35,279 nucleotides of DNA, from the NCBI GenBank assembly GCA_043750125.1, contig JAYVCD010000365.1, positions 1 to 35,279 on the forward strand, in the 5' to 3' direction. The stretch is from Archangiaceae bacterium. Lineage in GTDB: Bacteria; Myxococcota; Myxococcia; Myxococcales; Myxococcaceae. Numbering within the stretch: position 1 is the first letter of the stretch; every line of letters begins with the position of its first letter. The notes under the pieces were generated by a model. That model saw only the letters and a program-made list of their open reading frames with translations. It had not been told where the DNA came from and searched no databases. This document shows, piece after piece, positions 1 through 9,156 of this stretch. The position numbers and the translations under genes are program-made.

Positions 1-1643
1 AAATGCTCACCGCCGAGGAAGCGGCGACGCTGGCTCAACTGGCACTTTTCCGAGGGGGCTTCACCGCCCAGAGCGTCGAGTCGGTCGTCAGTCTGGCCCG
101 TTTCCCAGAGGCGCCCGAGGTGGTGTCGACCGTGCTGACGCTGCGCTCGAAGTCGCTGATTCGCAGCTATTTCCCTCCGGGTCGAGGCGCCGAAATGCGC
201 TACGGGCTGTTCGAGAGCATCCGTGAGTACGCGCTGGAAAAGCTTCAAGGTTTGCCCGAAGAGCAACCGGCCAAAGAGCGCCACACCCGGTACTTCCTCG
301 CCCTGGGAGACCACCTCTCGGCCGGGGCGGAAGGGTCCGCCGCTTTGCTCGACGCGCTCGAGCTCGAACGAGAAAACCTGAACGCGGTCTTTCAGCGGTC
401 GCTGGAAGACGAAAACTACAACCCGCACGCGCTGAGCGCCGTTCTTGCCCTCGACCCGCTGTTGGCTCTGAGGGGGCCCTTCCAATTGCACCTGGCCATG
501 CTCGACGCGGGGCTGGCGAAGCTCGGTCAGACCCCCTCTGCGTGCCGCACGCTGGGACTCGAGGCTCGCGGAAAAGCGCGCATTTCCCGCGGGGAGGGCG
601 ATGAGGCGGCCAAAGACATCGCACAGATGGTCGTCTTGGCCCGTCTGGAAGGGGCACCCGCCGTCGAGGGTCGCGCGGCCTCTTTCATGGGCAGCATCGA
701 ACGCCAAAGAGGCCACCAGGCCGATGCCCGCCGCTGCTTCGACGCTGCGTTGTTGCTGCACCGCCAGGCCGGCGACCGGCGAATGGAAGGCAGAACGCTT
801 TCGAACATGGCCGCGCTGCTCGATGAGCTCGGCCAGGAAAAGGAAGCGCTCGCCACGTACCAGCGGGCGCTCGAGATTCACCGCGAGGTCGGCGATCGTC
901 GCTACGAAGGAATCACGCTCTTGAACCTCGGCGTCCAGCAGCAGAACCAGAGCCTGTTTGCCCAGGCCAAAGTGAACTACCAGGCGGCACTGGCGATTCA
1001 GCGCGAGCTGGGCAGCCGAATTTCCGAAGGAATCGCGCACGTGAACCTCGGGGACCTCAACCGCGACCTCGAGCAGGGTCCCCAGGCCCTCGCGCACTAC
1101 AAAAGCGGTCTCGAGATCATGCGGGAAGTCGGCAGCCGCTACCTGGAAGGGGTCACGATCGCGTCGATGGCGTCGCTGTATCAAGAACAGGCCAATTTCG
1201 AAGCGGCCCACGTGCGATACGTCGAGGCGCTGCGTGTGCTGCGAGAGGTCGGCAATCGCCGCTATTGCGGCCTGGTCCTCGCCGGTCTGGCTGCCGTCGA
1301 TGCGTGCTTGCTTCGACCCGCCCAGGCCCAGGAACAGCTTGCGGAAGCGACCCAGATCCTCAACGAAGTCGGAGACCAGAATCTCCTCGACGCCCTCGAC
1401 ATTTACCGGGCTCATGTCGAAATTTCTGCGGCGATGGCGGCGGGGTCCGGGGCCGAGGCCCGGCAGCTCGAGGCGCAGGTCGAAAAGCGCGTTCAACGGG
1501 CCGAGCGCTCGTCCGCTCCCAACGAGCTTCATCCGGCAGGAATGCCTTCGCCGGCCCAGAGATCCGAGCAGGTTCGTGCGGCGTTGCGATCGCTTCGTGC
1601 CGCGATGCGCCGTTCGAGGCACCCGGTTCGGAGCAAGACGTGA
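1..1643 (+). CDS. Predicted ATPase/TPR protein, C-terminal part (post-NB-ARC winged-helix/helical region plus MalT-like TPR array); 5' end lies outside the window
   Basis: ORF open from the left edge. 'LAQLALFRGGFT...LRSKSLIR...RYGLFESIREYALEKL' is typical of the region after the STAND-type ATPase domain. It is followed by ~40-aa repeats such as ALEIHREVGDRRYEGITLLNLG, ALAIQRELGSRISEGIAHVNLG and ALRVLREVGNRRYCGLVLAGLA. Confidence 0.8.
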   Translation, partial: MLTAEEAATLAQLALFRGGFTAQSVESVVSLARFPEAPEVVSTVLTLRSKSLIRSYFPPGRGAEMRYGLFESIREYALEKLQGLPEEQPAKERHTRYFLALGDHLSAGAEGSAALLDALELERENLNAVFQRSLEDENYNPHALSAVLALDPLLALRGPFQLHLAMLDAGLAKLGQTPSACRTLGLEARGKARISRGEGDEAAKDIAQMVVLARLEGAPAVEGRAASFMGSIERQRGHQADARRCFDAALLLHRQAGDRRMEGRTLSNMAALLDELGQEKEALATYQRALEIHREVGDRRYEGITLLNLGVQQQNQSLFAQAKVNYQAALAIQRELGSRISEGIAHVNLGDLNRDLEQGPQALAHYKSGLEIMREVGSRYLEGVTIASMASLYQEQANFEAAHVRYVEALRVLREVGNRRYCGLVLAGLAAVDACLLRPAQAQEQLAEATQILNEVGDQNLLDALDIYRAHVEISAAMAAGSGAEARQLEAQVEKRVQRAERSSAPNELHPAGMPSPAQRSEQVRAALRSLRAAMRRSRHPVRSKT

Positions 1644-3139
1644 GCCCTAAGCGCAGTCCGCTCTCAGAGCTTTCGGTCGTGTTGCTGCTGATGTTCGCCG
1701 TCCTGGTTCCCCGGCTGATCGTCTTTGGCGTCAACGAAAACTTCTACGGCGATTCGGTGATGCGCGCAGAGCTCGGCGGGCGCTGGGCCGAGCGTCCGCG
1801 GGTGATTGGCTCGTTTGATCAAGGCGGGTACCAGTTCGGTCCTCTGCACATCGTCGTGCTCGGCCTTCTCACCCGGGCAGGAGGCTCTCGAGAGAACGTC
1901 GGGCGCTGGTTCAGTCTCTTTGCCGCCGTGCTCTCGGTCGTTCCGCTCTACGCGTTCACGCGGCGAAGCTTCGACCGCAAAGCAGCGATCGTCGCGTGCC
2001 TGGGCCTGGCTGCCTGGGGGATGCACATTCAATTTTCGACCACTGCGGCCAGTGAGTCCTTGAGCCTTCTTCTGGTCCTCGCGACGGTGGCCTTGTTTGC
2101 GAAAGCGGTGCGGGAAGACCATCGACCCTCGCTGCTCGCCGCCGCCCTGGTCTTCAACCTCGCCTGCGCTACCCGCTACGACGTGTGGCTGTGGGCCCCG
2201 ATGCTCTGCGCGGCGCTCGCGTTGAAGGGGCGGATCAAATGGGCGGTCCTCTTCCTCGTCCTCGGCCTGGCCTTCCCTCTGGCCTGGTCCTTTGGAAACT
2301 GGGGAGACCGCGGCGATCCTTTTTTTCCGTTTCGCTTCATCGACGACTACCACCGACGTTGGTTTCTCGATGGCGAGCAGCTGTGGGGAGCGACCTATTA
2401 TCGTCTGCAGAACCTCGCCTTCTGGCCGGCCATCGCGCTGTTCACTTTGAGCCCCCTGGTTGCCGCAGGCGGAATGCTGGGCGTGTGGCGTGCCTGGCGT
2501 GAGAGAGCGGATTTGCGCTGGCTGGTCGCGCTGATCGTCGTCCCCACGATCCTCTTCACTTTTCGAAGCACCATCACCGGCAGCTTCGTTCCGGTGGGGC
2601 GGTTCGCAGTGAAAGAAGTCGGGTTGCTGTTGCCCTTTGTCTGGTTTGGCTTTCAATGGCGTCCGCTCGAGAAGATCCGGCCGGGCCTGGGGGTGGCCGC
2701 TGCGGCACTGGCCGTCGGGTTGCCTTCCTTCGTGGGCGCATTCACCCTGCATCGGGAAGGCAAGTGGGAAGATTCTTTGCGGCCGGTGAGCCCGGTCTCC
2801 ACCAACCCGGTCGAGCTGATGCGCGTCGCCCGCTTCCTCGCTCGCGAAGTGAACGCTGGGGGAGAATCGGTGATCCTCGACACCGATGGGCAGTACCGCG
2901 ATCTACAGCTCGCCTTTTTTTCGGGCCTGCCCGAAGACCGCCTCGCGCGGTACCGCTGGGAGATTTTTCCCCAACGCCTTCAGACCGCCCAACCCCGGTA
3001 CCTGGTCCGAATTGAAGGGGGCGGTCTCGAAGCAGTCACCGCGCGCGTAGGGCGAACTTTGGCGTTCAACGGCTGGCAGTTCACCGAGCTCGACGGGTTC
3101 ACTGCGCCCTTCCACGTGTACCGCCGCGAGAAGCCGTGA
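1640..3139 (+). CDS. GT-C fold membrane glycosyltransferase (ArnT/PMT-like, family 39/83)
   Basis: GTG start overlaps the upstream stop (GTGA at 1640-1643). Many hydrophobic helices. An acidic 'ENFYGDSVMR' loop follows TM1, with 'QFGPLH', 'SESLSLLL' and 'ATRYDVW' segments typical of GT-C enzymes. Confidence 0.75.
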   Translation: MSPKRSPLSELSVVLLLMFAVLVPRLIVFGVNENFYGDSVMRAELGGRWAERPRVIGSFDQGGYQFGPLHIVVLGLLTRAGGSRENVGRWFSLFAAVLSVVPLYAFTRRSFDRKAAIVACLGLAAWGMHIQFSTTAASESLSLLLVLATVALFAKAVREDHRPSLLAAALVFNLACATRYDVWLWAPMLCAALALKGRIKWAVLFLVLGLAFPLAWSFGNWGDRGDPFFPFRFIDDYHRRWFLDGEQLWGATYYRLQNLAFWPAIALFTLSPLVAAGGMLGVWRAWRERADLRWLVALIVVPTILFTFRSTITGSFVPVGRFAVKEVGLLLPFVWFGFQWRPLEKIRPGLGVAAAALAVGLPSFVGAFTLHREGKWEDSLRPVSPVSTNPVELMRVARFLAREVNAGGESVILDTDGQYRDLQLAFFSGLPEDRLARYRWEIFPQRLQTAQPRYLVRIEGGGLEAVTARVGRTLAFNGWQFTELDGFTAPFHVYRREKP

Positions 3140-3146
3140 CGAAACG

Positions 3147-4193
3147 TCAGTGGGCTCGCTTTCGTCTCTTGTGGAACTGCACCTGCCACTGATGGACGGC
3201 GGCGTTGTGGCAGGCGAGATCGGGGCAAAAAATGTGGGTCCCGTCATTGCGCGAGACGAAGAACAGGTCGTCGCACTCGATTGGATTGAGGGCGGCGGCA
3301 ATCGCGGCTCCCCCGGGTGAGGCGATGGGCCCGGGAGGCAGACCTTCCGTCATGTAGGTGTTGTACGGGTGCTCGGTCAGCAAGTCGGCGCGGGTGATGT
3401 TCTTCGAGTACCGACCCTTGAGCAGCAGCATCGCGTAGATGACCGTGGGGTCGGTTTGAAGCTTCATCTTCAGCTTGAGGCGGTTGTGAAAGACGCACGA
3501 GATTGTCGGCCGCTCGTCAGCCGCGCCGGTTTCCTTTTCGATGATCGAGGCGAGGGTGACGGCCTGGAGGAGATCCAACTCGATGCCAGGCTTCCGGCGC
3601 GCAGCTTTCACCTGTTCCACCGTGCTCGAGGCCATTCGCTTCAGCACCCCCTCTTCGTTGGCGCCGCGTGGGAACGCGTACGTGTCGGGGTAGAGAAAGC
3701 CTTCGAATGAATCGGCTGGAACGCCGAGCTTCCGTGCGACGGCTGCGTTGGCGGTCAGCTGCTTCAGGGTGGCCAGGCTCAGCTCGAGCCCGGACGACGC
3801 GAGAATGGGGAGGATCTCATCGACCCTCAGCCCCTCGGGCACCGTGAAGGGGTACTGCTTGACCTGCCCGGTGGTGATTTTTTCGATCACTTCCCGCGGA
3901 GTCAGCGTGCCTGAGAACTCGTACTCGCCCGCTTTCAACTTCGGCCCCAGCTCTTCGCGGCGAATCAACGCGTAGAGAAGGTCCGCACTCGAAACGACTC
4001 TTTCGTCGGCCAGCAGGCGCGCAATGCCGCGAGGCGCCATGCCGGCGGGGACGAGGATCAGCTTTTGTTCCGGGCTGCCAAACCCCGTCGCCGCGTAGGC
4101 GGTCAGACGCTGCTCCCTCAAATACCAGAACGCCGCACCCCCGACCGCGGCCACCCCCAGCACCGCGAAGAGGACCCAGACCCTCTTCCTCAC
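3147..4193 (-). CDS. mltG: Endolytic transglycosylase MltG (YceG family)
   Basis: N-terminal TM helix. Motifs LKAGEY, VPEGL, EGFLYPDTY, LASIIEKET, LQTDPTVIY, PYNTY, GLPPGPIASPG. GTG start at 4193 overlaps the ruvX stop. Confidence 0.95.
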   Translation of the reverse strand: MRKRVWVLFAVLGVAAVGGAAFWYLREQRLTAYAATGFGSPEQKLILVPAGMAPRGIARLLADERVVSSADLLYALIRREELGPKLKAGEYEFSGTLTPREVIEKITTGQVKQYPFTVPEGLRVDEILPILASSGLELSLATLKQLTANAAVARKLGVPADSFEGFLYPDTYAFPRGANEEGVLKRMASSTVEQVKAARRKPGIELDLLQAVTLASIIEKETGAADERPTISCVFHNRLKLKMKLQTDPTVIYAMLLLKGRYSKNITRADLLTEHPYNTYMTEGLPPGPIASPGGAAIAAALNPIECDDLFFVSRNDGTHIFCPDLACHNAAVHQWQVQFHKRRKRAH

Positions 4194-4615
4194 TCGTCCT
4201 CGCTCTTCGTTTGGGAATCGAGCCAGCCCTGGAGGATGAGGCAGGCCGCGACCTGGTCGATGACTTCCTTTCGCTTCTTCCGCGAGACGGACGCCTCGAT
4301 CAGCGACCTCTCGGCTGCAACGCTGGTCAGGCGCTCGTCCCAGTACACCACCGGAAGCTGCGCCTGCTCGGCCAACGCCTCGCCGAACTTTCGCGCGTGC
4401 TCGGCGCGCGGCCCCTCGCTGCCATTCATGTTCAGCGGGAGCCCGACAATCAGCCGCACCACGTCTTGTTCTGCAATCAGCCGGGTCAGCTCGTGCAGAT
4501 CCGCGCGCAGGTTGGTGCGGCGCACCGTGGTGATCGGGTGGGCGCTGAAGCCCAGCTCGTCCGAGACCGCCACCCCGACCGTCTTTGTTCCCACGTCCAG
4601 GCCCATCGTCCGCAT
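4190..4615 (-). CDS. ruvX: Holliday junction resolvase-like / pre-16S rRNA nuclease RuvX (YqgF)
   Basis: Motifs GLDVGTKTVGVAVSD, VGLPLNMNG, WDERLTS, IDQVAACLILQGWL. Sits in the classic ruvX-mltG pairing. Confidence 0.95.
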   Translation of the reverse strand: MRTMGLDVGTKTVGVAVSDELGFSAHPITTVRRTNLRADLHELTRLIAEQDVVRLIVGLPLNMNGSEGPRAEHARKFGEALAEQAQLPVVYWDERLTSVAAERSLIEASVSRKKRKEVIDQVAACLILQGWLDSQTKSEDE

Positions 4616-4766
4616 CGGGGCAATCTACCGTTCCAGACGCCACATCTCAGGACGCAGATGGGGTCCGACGGACAAGCGCCTGAATTGAGGCAAATCCTTC
4701 TTGGCCCCGCAGCTGCTCAAGCGTCCCTCACCGCATCCCGCGGGAAGAACCCATACGAGGGCAGGA

Positions 4767-6152
4767 ATGAGCGACGCAATCAGTAGCAGTGGAGCAGGAG
4801 GCGGGTCGAATTCCATGGGCATGTTGCAAGGCCTTCTGGATCCCCTTGGACTCTTCCCGATGATTTCCAAGCTGTTCAAGGGCGGCGATGCCAGCACGAT
4901 GTCCGATCTCGGCAAGTCCGAGCTCAACAACGTCGGCACGTTCAGCGATCCGGGAACCACGCCTGGAGCCGACGGGGCTTCCGGCGCGCCCCCGACTTCC
5001 TACTCAGCGAACCAGGACCAAAGTCAGGCGGCCGCCGGGTACGCGGATGCTGCCAGGAAAGCGGCAGAGCAGGCAGAGATCGTGAAGGACAGGCAGCGAC
5101 AGCGAGACGCTGACGATGCAGCTCACAACACCGGTGTGAAAGACGTGCCCAAACAGGATGACGAGAAAACGAAGGGCACGAACACTCTTCCGCATCACAA
5201 CAAGGTGGTGCCCCAAGATGACGACAAGCCTTCGGGGGCCCCGGGCGAGCAGCATGTTCAGTCGTCTGGAGCCTCTACCGGTGTGATCCAGATCCAGGGA
5301 CAAGCCCGACCAACGGCACTGGTGACCTTGGTCGAGCAGCGGGCTCAGTCGTCTTCGGCCGACACCGGCGTGACCCAGACAAAAGAACAAGACCAGACAA
5401 AACCCGCAGGAACGACCCCGGGAGAGCAGCGTGCTCAGTCGTCATCCGCCGCCACCGCCGGGGTGCAGACGCTCGCGCAAGCACAGGCAAAAGCTGCGGA
5501 AGCCAGGGCGAAGGAAGTCGAAGTCATCAGAACTGTCGTTGCCAACTTCCAGGTCTTCGACTCCCTGGACGTCGTGGGGGGGGACGGGAAATTCGACCCC
5601 GGTAATCTTCAAAACCTCGCGCACAACTCCAAGTACTCGGATCGAATTCAGAAAGCCGCGCAGTACCTGCTGGACCACCCCGAGGTGATGGAAAAGATGG
5701 CGGTCATCAGCACTGGAGGAAACGACCAGGTCAACATCATGGGAATTTCCCAATATTTGAAGAAGCTCATTGACGAACAGGACAAGGAAATCAAAACCCT
5801 GCCCCCCCCTTCGAGTGGAACGGAGACACCTCCCGGCTCCGGTGCTCCTTCCGGCCAAGACCCAATCACCGGCGGCCCAGCAGGGGGCTCAACCCCCGTG
5901 GAACCCCCGAATCAGCCGCAGGCCAAGACGCTCGACGAGGCGCTCGCGAATATTGGCAATTCGATGGATGCCAAAGAGAAAGCCCTGATTGCTGTCTTGA
6001 ACAGCTCGACGGCCCTCGCGGGCGACAAGGCCAAGGCTCAGCAGGACTTGATGAAGGTCACGCAGCAGTTTCAGCAGATGTACGCGCTGATCAATCAACT
6101 CGCCTCCGCGTTCCACGACATGTCGATGTCTTCAATCAATCACATCAAGTGA
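4767..6152 (+). CDS. Hypothetical protein; putative type III secretion substrate (translocator/filament-like)
   Basis: ATG at 4767 preceded by GAGGGCAGGA. Ser/Gly-rich N-terminus with no Sec signal, Q/T/S-rich repeats, an internal DGKFD...AAQYLLDHPE segment, and a C-terminal helical hairpin ending HDMSMSSINHIK. Function is inferred. Confidence 0.55.
   Translation: MSDAISSSGAGGGSNSMGMLQGLLDPLGLFPMISKLFKGGDASTMSDLGKSELNNVGTFSDPGTTPGADGASGAPPTSYSANQDQSQAAAGYADAARKAAEQAEIVKDRQRQRDADDAAHNTGVKDVPKQDDEKTKGTNTLPHHNKVVPQDDDKPSGAPGEQHVQSSGASTGVIQIQGQARPTALVTLVEQRAQSSSADTGVTQTKEQDQTKPAGTTPGEQRAQSSSAATAGVQTLAQAQAKAAEARAKEVEVIRTVVANFQVFDSLDVVGGDGKFDPGNLQNLAHNSKYSDRIQKAAQYLLDHPEVMEKMAVISTGGNDQVNIMGISQYLKKLIDEQDKEIKTLPPPSSGTETPPGSGAPSGQDPITGGPAGGSTPVEPPNQPQAKTLDEALANIGNSMDAKEKALIAVLNSSTALAGDKAKAQQDLMKVTQQFQQMYALINQLASAFHDMSMSSINHIK
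5247..5480 (+). repeat. Three degenerate in-frame repeats (~29-30 aa; EQxxQSSxAxTGV) within the 4767-6152 gene
   Basis: GAGCAGC(A/G)xGxTCAGTCGTC begins at 5247, 5334 and 5424 (spacings of 87 and 90 nt). Confidence 0.8.
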
Positions 6153-6685
6153 AAGCCATGAATGAGCTCAGCCAGGCGGCCGACCCGCAGCAGAAGGGGA
6201 CCCACCCACTCGCCCTCACTTTGCTTGCGCTCGCGAATGGCGAGACGACCTGGGCCGAAGTCGAAGGCTTGACCTTCGAAGACGCCAAGGCAATTGCTCA
6301 AATTGGCTGCGACCTCGCGGCAGGCGGGCGATTGGACGAAGCCCGCATCGTCTTCGAAGGGCTGGTCGCAATGAATCCGCGCGACTCGGCCGCCCACGCG
6401 GCGCTCGGGACGGTCTACCAGAAGCTGGGCCGCATCGAGCAAGCCCTGGCTCAGTACACCGCTGCCCTCTCGGGTGACGCTGCGAACCCCGTCGCCCTGG
6501 CCAACCGGGGCGAGCTTCGGCTCAAAGCCGGCGATCGCCTCGGCGCGGACGATTTGGCGCAGGCGGTGGCCGCGGATCCCCACGGCGAGACTTCCGCCGG
6601 TCGTCGGGCTCGTGGCCTCGTGAAGGCCATCACCCTGGGGACGATCAGGCCCGTGGGCAAAGCCAAAGTCGCCGACCCACGCTAA
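6149..6685 (+). CDS. TPR protein, SycD/LcrH (class II T3SS chaperone)-like
   Basis: Start overlaps the upstream stop (GTGA; alternative ATG at 6158). 'TWAEVEGLTFEDAKAIAQIGCDLAAGGRLDEARIVFEGLVAMNP' is followed by ~3 TPRs, matching the size and layout of LcrH-type chaperones. Confidence 0.7.
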   Translation: MKAMNELSQAADPQQKGTHPLALTLLALANGETTWAEVEGLTFEDAKAIAQIGCDLAAGGRLDEARIVFEGLVAMNPRDSAAHAALGTVYQKLGRIEQALAQYTAALSGDAANPVALANRGELRLKAGDRLGADDLAQAVAADPHGETSAGRRARGLVKAITLGTIRPVGKAKVADPR

Positions 6686-6734
6686 CGAAAACGAGGGCGC
6701 GGGAGTGGGGGACTTCCGAAGACCTCGCCGAGTC

Positions 6735-6763
6735 GGCGGGTAGTGGTTGCAACGCTACCCGCC
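6735..6763. terminator. GC-rich hairpin between convergent genes (possible bidirectional terminator)
   Basis: GGCGGGTAGTG-gttgcaa-CGCTACCCGCC: an 11-bp stem with one G-U pair on the + strand. The U-tail is weak. Confidence 0.5.
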
Positions 6764-6777
6764 CTCCGGTTTCGGCT

Positions 6778-7950
6778 TCATTGAATCGCCGCGAGTCGTT
6801 CGCGAATCGGGGGGTGGGACCAACTCTTCAATACCGCCCACCGGGGAGGGTCCGGATCGGTCTTGTTGATTCGGGCCACTTTGATCAGCATCTGGCGAAA
6901 AGCCTCGACATCACCGGTGAGCTGCAGCCCGAACTGATCTGCGTCCAGCTCACGCTGTCGACTGAACGCTGCGCTGACAGGAGCCGCGGCGACGGTGGCC
7001 AACCAGAAGACCACGAAGATCAGCGGAAGCGTTCGAATGTCCGCCCGCTCTTTCACGCCCCACCAGCCCCTCTGGGCGACGGCTCGAAACAGCACTTCGA
7101 TCAGATACAAAAACGCGAGCAGACACAGCGTCGACGCGAGCTGACCCAGCCACTGTCTTTCGTGAATGTGTCCCGCCTCATGACCCACCACAGCGAGAAT
7201 TTCCCGGGTGTTGAGCTCTTTGAGCAGCGCGTCGTTGAGCACGATGGTCCGGGTCGGACCTTTGCCCGCGAAATAGGCCTGCACCCGCACCGTCTTGCTC
7301 AGCGTTTTTTCGACCACCACTTCTTTGAAGTCGACATTCGCTTTGCGCATCAGCGCGGTGATCTCTTCCCGCAGCTCTCCTTCGGGCAGCGGGGTCTGGT
7401 CGAAATAGATTCGTGCCCGGTATGGGTCCAGGGCTGCTGAAAATACCAGGGCGATCGCGCCGACAATTCCGATCACCAGCCACCATCTTGGCAGTCGCCT
7501 CGCCAGCCCGAACATTCCAAACGCGAGCGCCACCAGCGGGATCATTCCGAGCGCCAGGGACTTCAGCTGATCCCACCCGTAGCTGCTCAGGCTCTGGGTC
7601 GACATTCCGAACCGATGTTCGTGAATGAACTCGAAATAGAAATCCAGAGGAAGAAACGCCAACATACTCCCCAGCTCGAGGACGACGGTGAACAGCAGCG
7701 CGGTACCCCAACCTGAACCGCCCCAGATTCGATCCAGCGCCCGCCTTCCCGTCATCGCTCGGGCCCCAAAGGGGTCCAGGCGCGCCGTCACCCGGCTGGA
7801 CCACGCGTAGAGCGGAACCACCCAGAACCGCAGCGCGAGGGTCCAGAGCAAGAGGCTCAGCCCGTCGTAAGCCAGCCCAAACGCGTAGAGCGGATCTTTG
7901 TAGGCACGAATTTCAGCCAGCGCTTCGGGACTGAAAATCGCGTCGATCAC
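6778..7950 (-). CDS. M48 family membrane zinc metalloprotease (Ste24/HtpX-like)
   Basis: Multiple TM helices, HEAGH zinc motif, 'SRQRELDADQF' third-ligand region, and C-terminal 'SHPPIRERL'. Confidence 0.9.
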   Translation of the reverse strand: MIDAIFSPEALAEIRAYKDPLYAFGLAYDGLSLLLWTLALRFWVVPLYAWSSRVTARLDPFGARAMTGRRALDRIWGGSGWGTALLFTVVLELGSMLAFLPLDFYFEFIHEHRFGMSTQSLSSYGWDQLKSLALGMIPLVALAFGMFGLARRLPRWWLVIGIVGAIALVFSAALDPYRARIYFDQTPLPEGELREEITALMRKANVDFKEVVVEKTLSKTVRVQAYFAGKGPTRTIVLNDALLKELNTREILAVVGHEAGHIHERQWLGQLASTLCLLAFLYLIEVLFRAVAQRGWWGVKERADIRTLPLIFVVFWLATVAAAPVSAAFSRQRELDADQFGLQLTGDVEAFRQMLIKVARINKTDPDPPRWAVLKSWSHPPIRERLAAIQ

Positions 7951-7980
7951 GTGAACGGCTTTTAACTGAAAAGAGCTGCC

Positions 7981-9093
7981 TCAGCCGCGGGGGACCCTGG
8001 CCGGGGGCGACGTTTCTTCTTCGGCTTTTGCGTCCGCGAGCAGCATGTCTTTCATTCGCTTCAGACTTTCGCGGGTTTTCTCGACGAAGGGGCTCGAGGC
8101 TCCGATGCGCTCGGCCGCTTCGAGCGTCCGTTCGTACACCGTGATCGCCTTGGTAATCAGGATCCGGATCTTCTTGCGCAGCTCCTGACTGTAGACGCTG
8201 CCCTCATCCTTGCTCAGCTCGGTGGGGGCGGGGGCGTGCATCATGTGCTCGTACAGGTTTTCGTACAGGCCGCCGATCTGCGCGCCCGCGGCCGTCGCCC
8301 AATAGCCATTGCCGATTCGAATCGCGCGCAGGTAATGACCCTGAGCCGACAACAAGAGCTCGGCTTTGTACTCGACGTCTTTTGCCAGCTGGTCGCTGGT
8401 CTTGTTCGCGTCGAGCGTCACCGCCTCGTAGTGAATCCGGTAGATCTCGCCCATGAAGAACTGCGCTTGAGCCGGGAAATACTCGTCGACCAGGTCTTTG
8501 TCCGGAAGGTCCTGCCAGGTGCTCATCACCTTGCGCAGCGTCGACTCGGCCAGATCCGGTTGGCCGCTTTCCAGCTCGCAGATGCCCTGCTGCACCCGGG
8601 CTTCCATCCGTTTGTTGATCGGCAGGTCACCGCGCGCTCCGATCACCTGCAAGACCGCCACCGCTTCTTCAAAACGGGCCTGGTGGTACAGCGTCTCAGC
8701 CAACCGGAACGCCGCATCGAGCGAATCGCCCGTGCCTTTTGCCGGGTCCGCCAGTTCCAGAAACCGCTGGTGGGCCTCTTCCCAGAGCTTGAGTTTTTCG
8801 AGCGACAGCCCTGCGTTGTAGAGCGCCGCCCGGCGATGAATGCTGTTGGGGTGAAAGTCCGCCAGCCGGCCGAAGTACCGCGCCGCCTGTCCGAAATCGT
8901 CTGACGCGAAGTACGAAGTTCCTCCGGCGAACAGCTCTTCCGCGTTCAGCTTCTCGAGCGCGAGATCTCCGGTGATCACGACTTCGTCGAACTTCACTTC
9001 GTGTTTTCCGTCGACGGTCGAGACCGTCTTGACGTGAGTACAACCGAAGAGAACCAGAACTGGCGCAATCCACAGCTTGCTTCGGTTGGACAC
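7981..9093 (-). CDS. TPR-repeat lipoprotein
   Basis: Likely GTG start at 9093, giving 'VSNRSKLWIAPVLVLFG-C' (lipobox). TPR-like helices follow (ALYNAGLSLEKL, AAFRLAETLYH, AQAQFFMGEIYR). The start codon is uncertain. Confidence 0.75.
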   Translation of the reverse strand: MSNRSKLWIAPVLVLFGCTHVKTVSTVDGKHEVKFDEVVITGDLALEKLNAEELFAGGTSYFASDDFGQAARYFGRLADFHPNSIHRRAALYNAGLSLEKLKLWEEAHQRFLELADPAKGTGDSLDAAFRLAETLYHQARFEEAVAVLQVIGARGDLPINKRMEARVQQGICELESGQPDLAESTLRKVMSTWQDLPDKDLVDEYFPAQAQFFMGEIYRIHYEAVTLDANKTSDQLAKDVEYKAELLLSAQGHYLRAIRIGNGYWATAAGAQIGGLYENLYEHMMHAPAPTELSKDEGSVYSQELRKKIRILITKAITVYERTLEAAERIGASSPFVEKTRESLKRMKDMLLADAKAEEETSPPARVPRG

Positions 9094-9156
9094 GGTTTTT
9101 ACCCTCGAGTCCTCGACTGACAGCCCCTTCACCGCGCCAGTTCCCAAACGGCGATT

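Noticed and set aside
1265-1639. N-terminal extension of the glycosyltransferase ORF; similar extensions on mltG (to 4643), the methyltransferase (from 14721), the Hsp70 fusion (to 28727) and the small protein (from 10903)
   Set aside because: The extensions overlap neighbouring real genes and read as Arg/Pro-rich or mirror-frame junk. Coupled GTG/ATG starts give better gene models.
5247-5480. Periodic repeats considered as a possible CRISPR array
   Set aside because: The repeats are degenerate, in frame within a CDS, and 87-90 nt apart, with no cas genes nearby.
6686-6777. Possible tRNA or small RNA in the convergent intergenic region
   Set aside because: No cloverleaf, T-loop or CCA end is visible. 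A single hairpin explains the structure.
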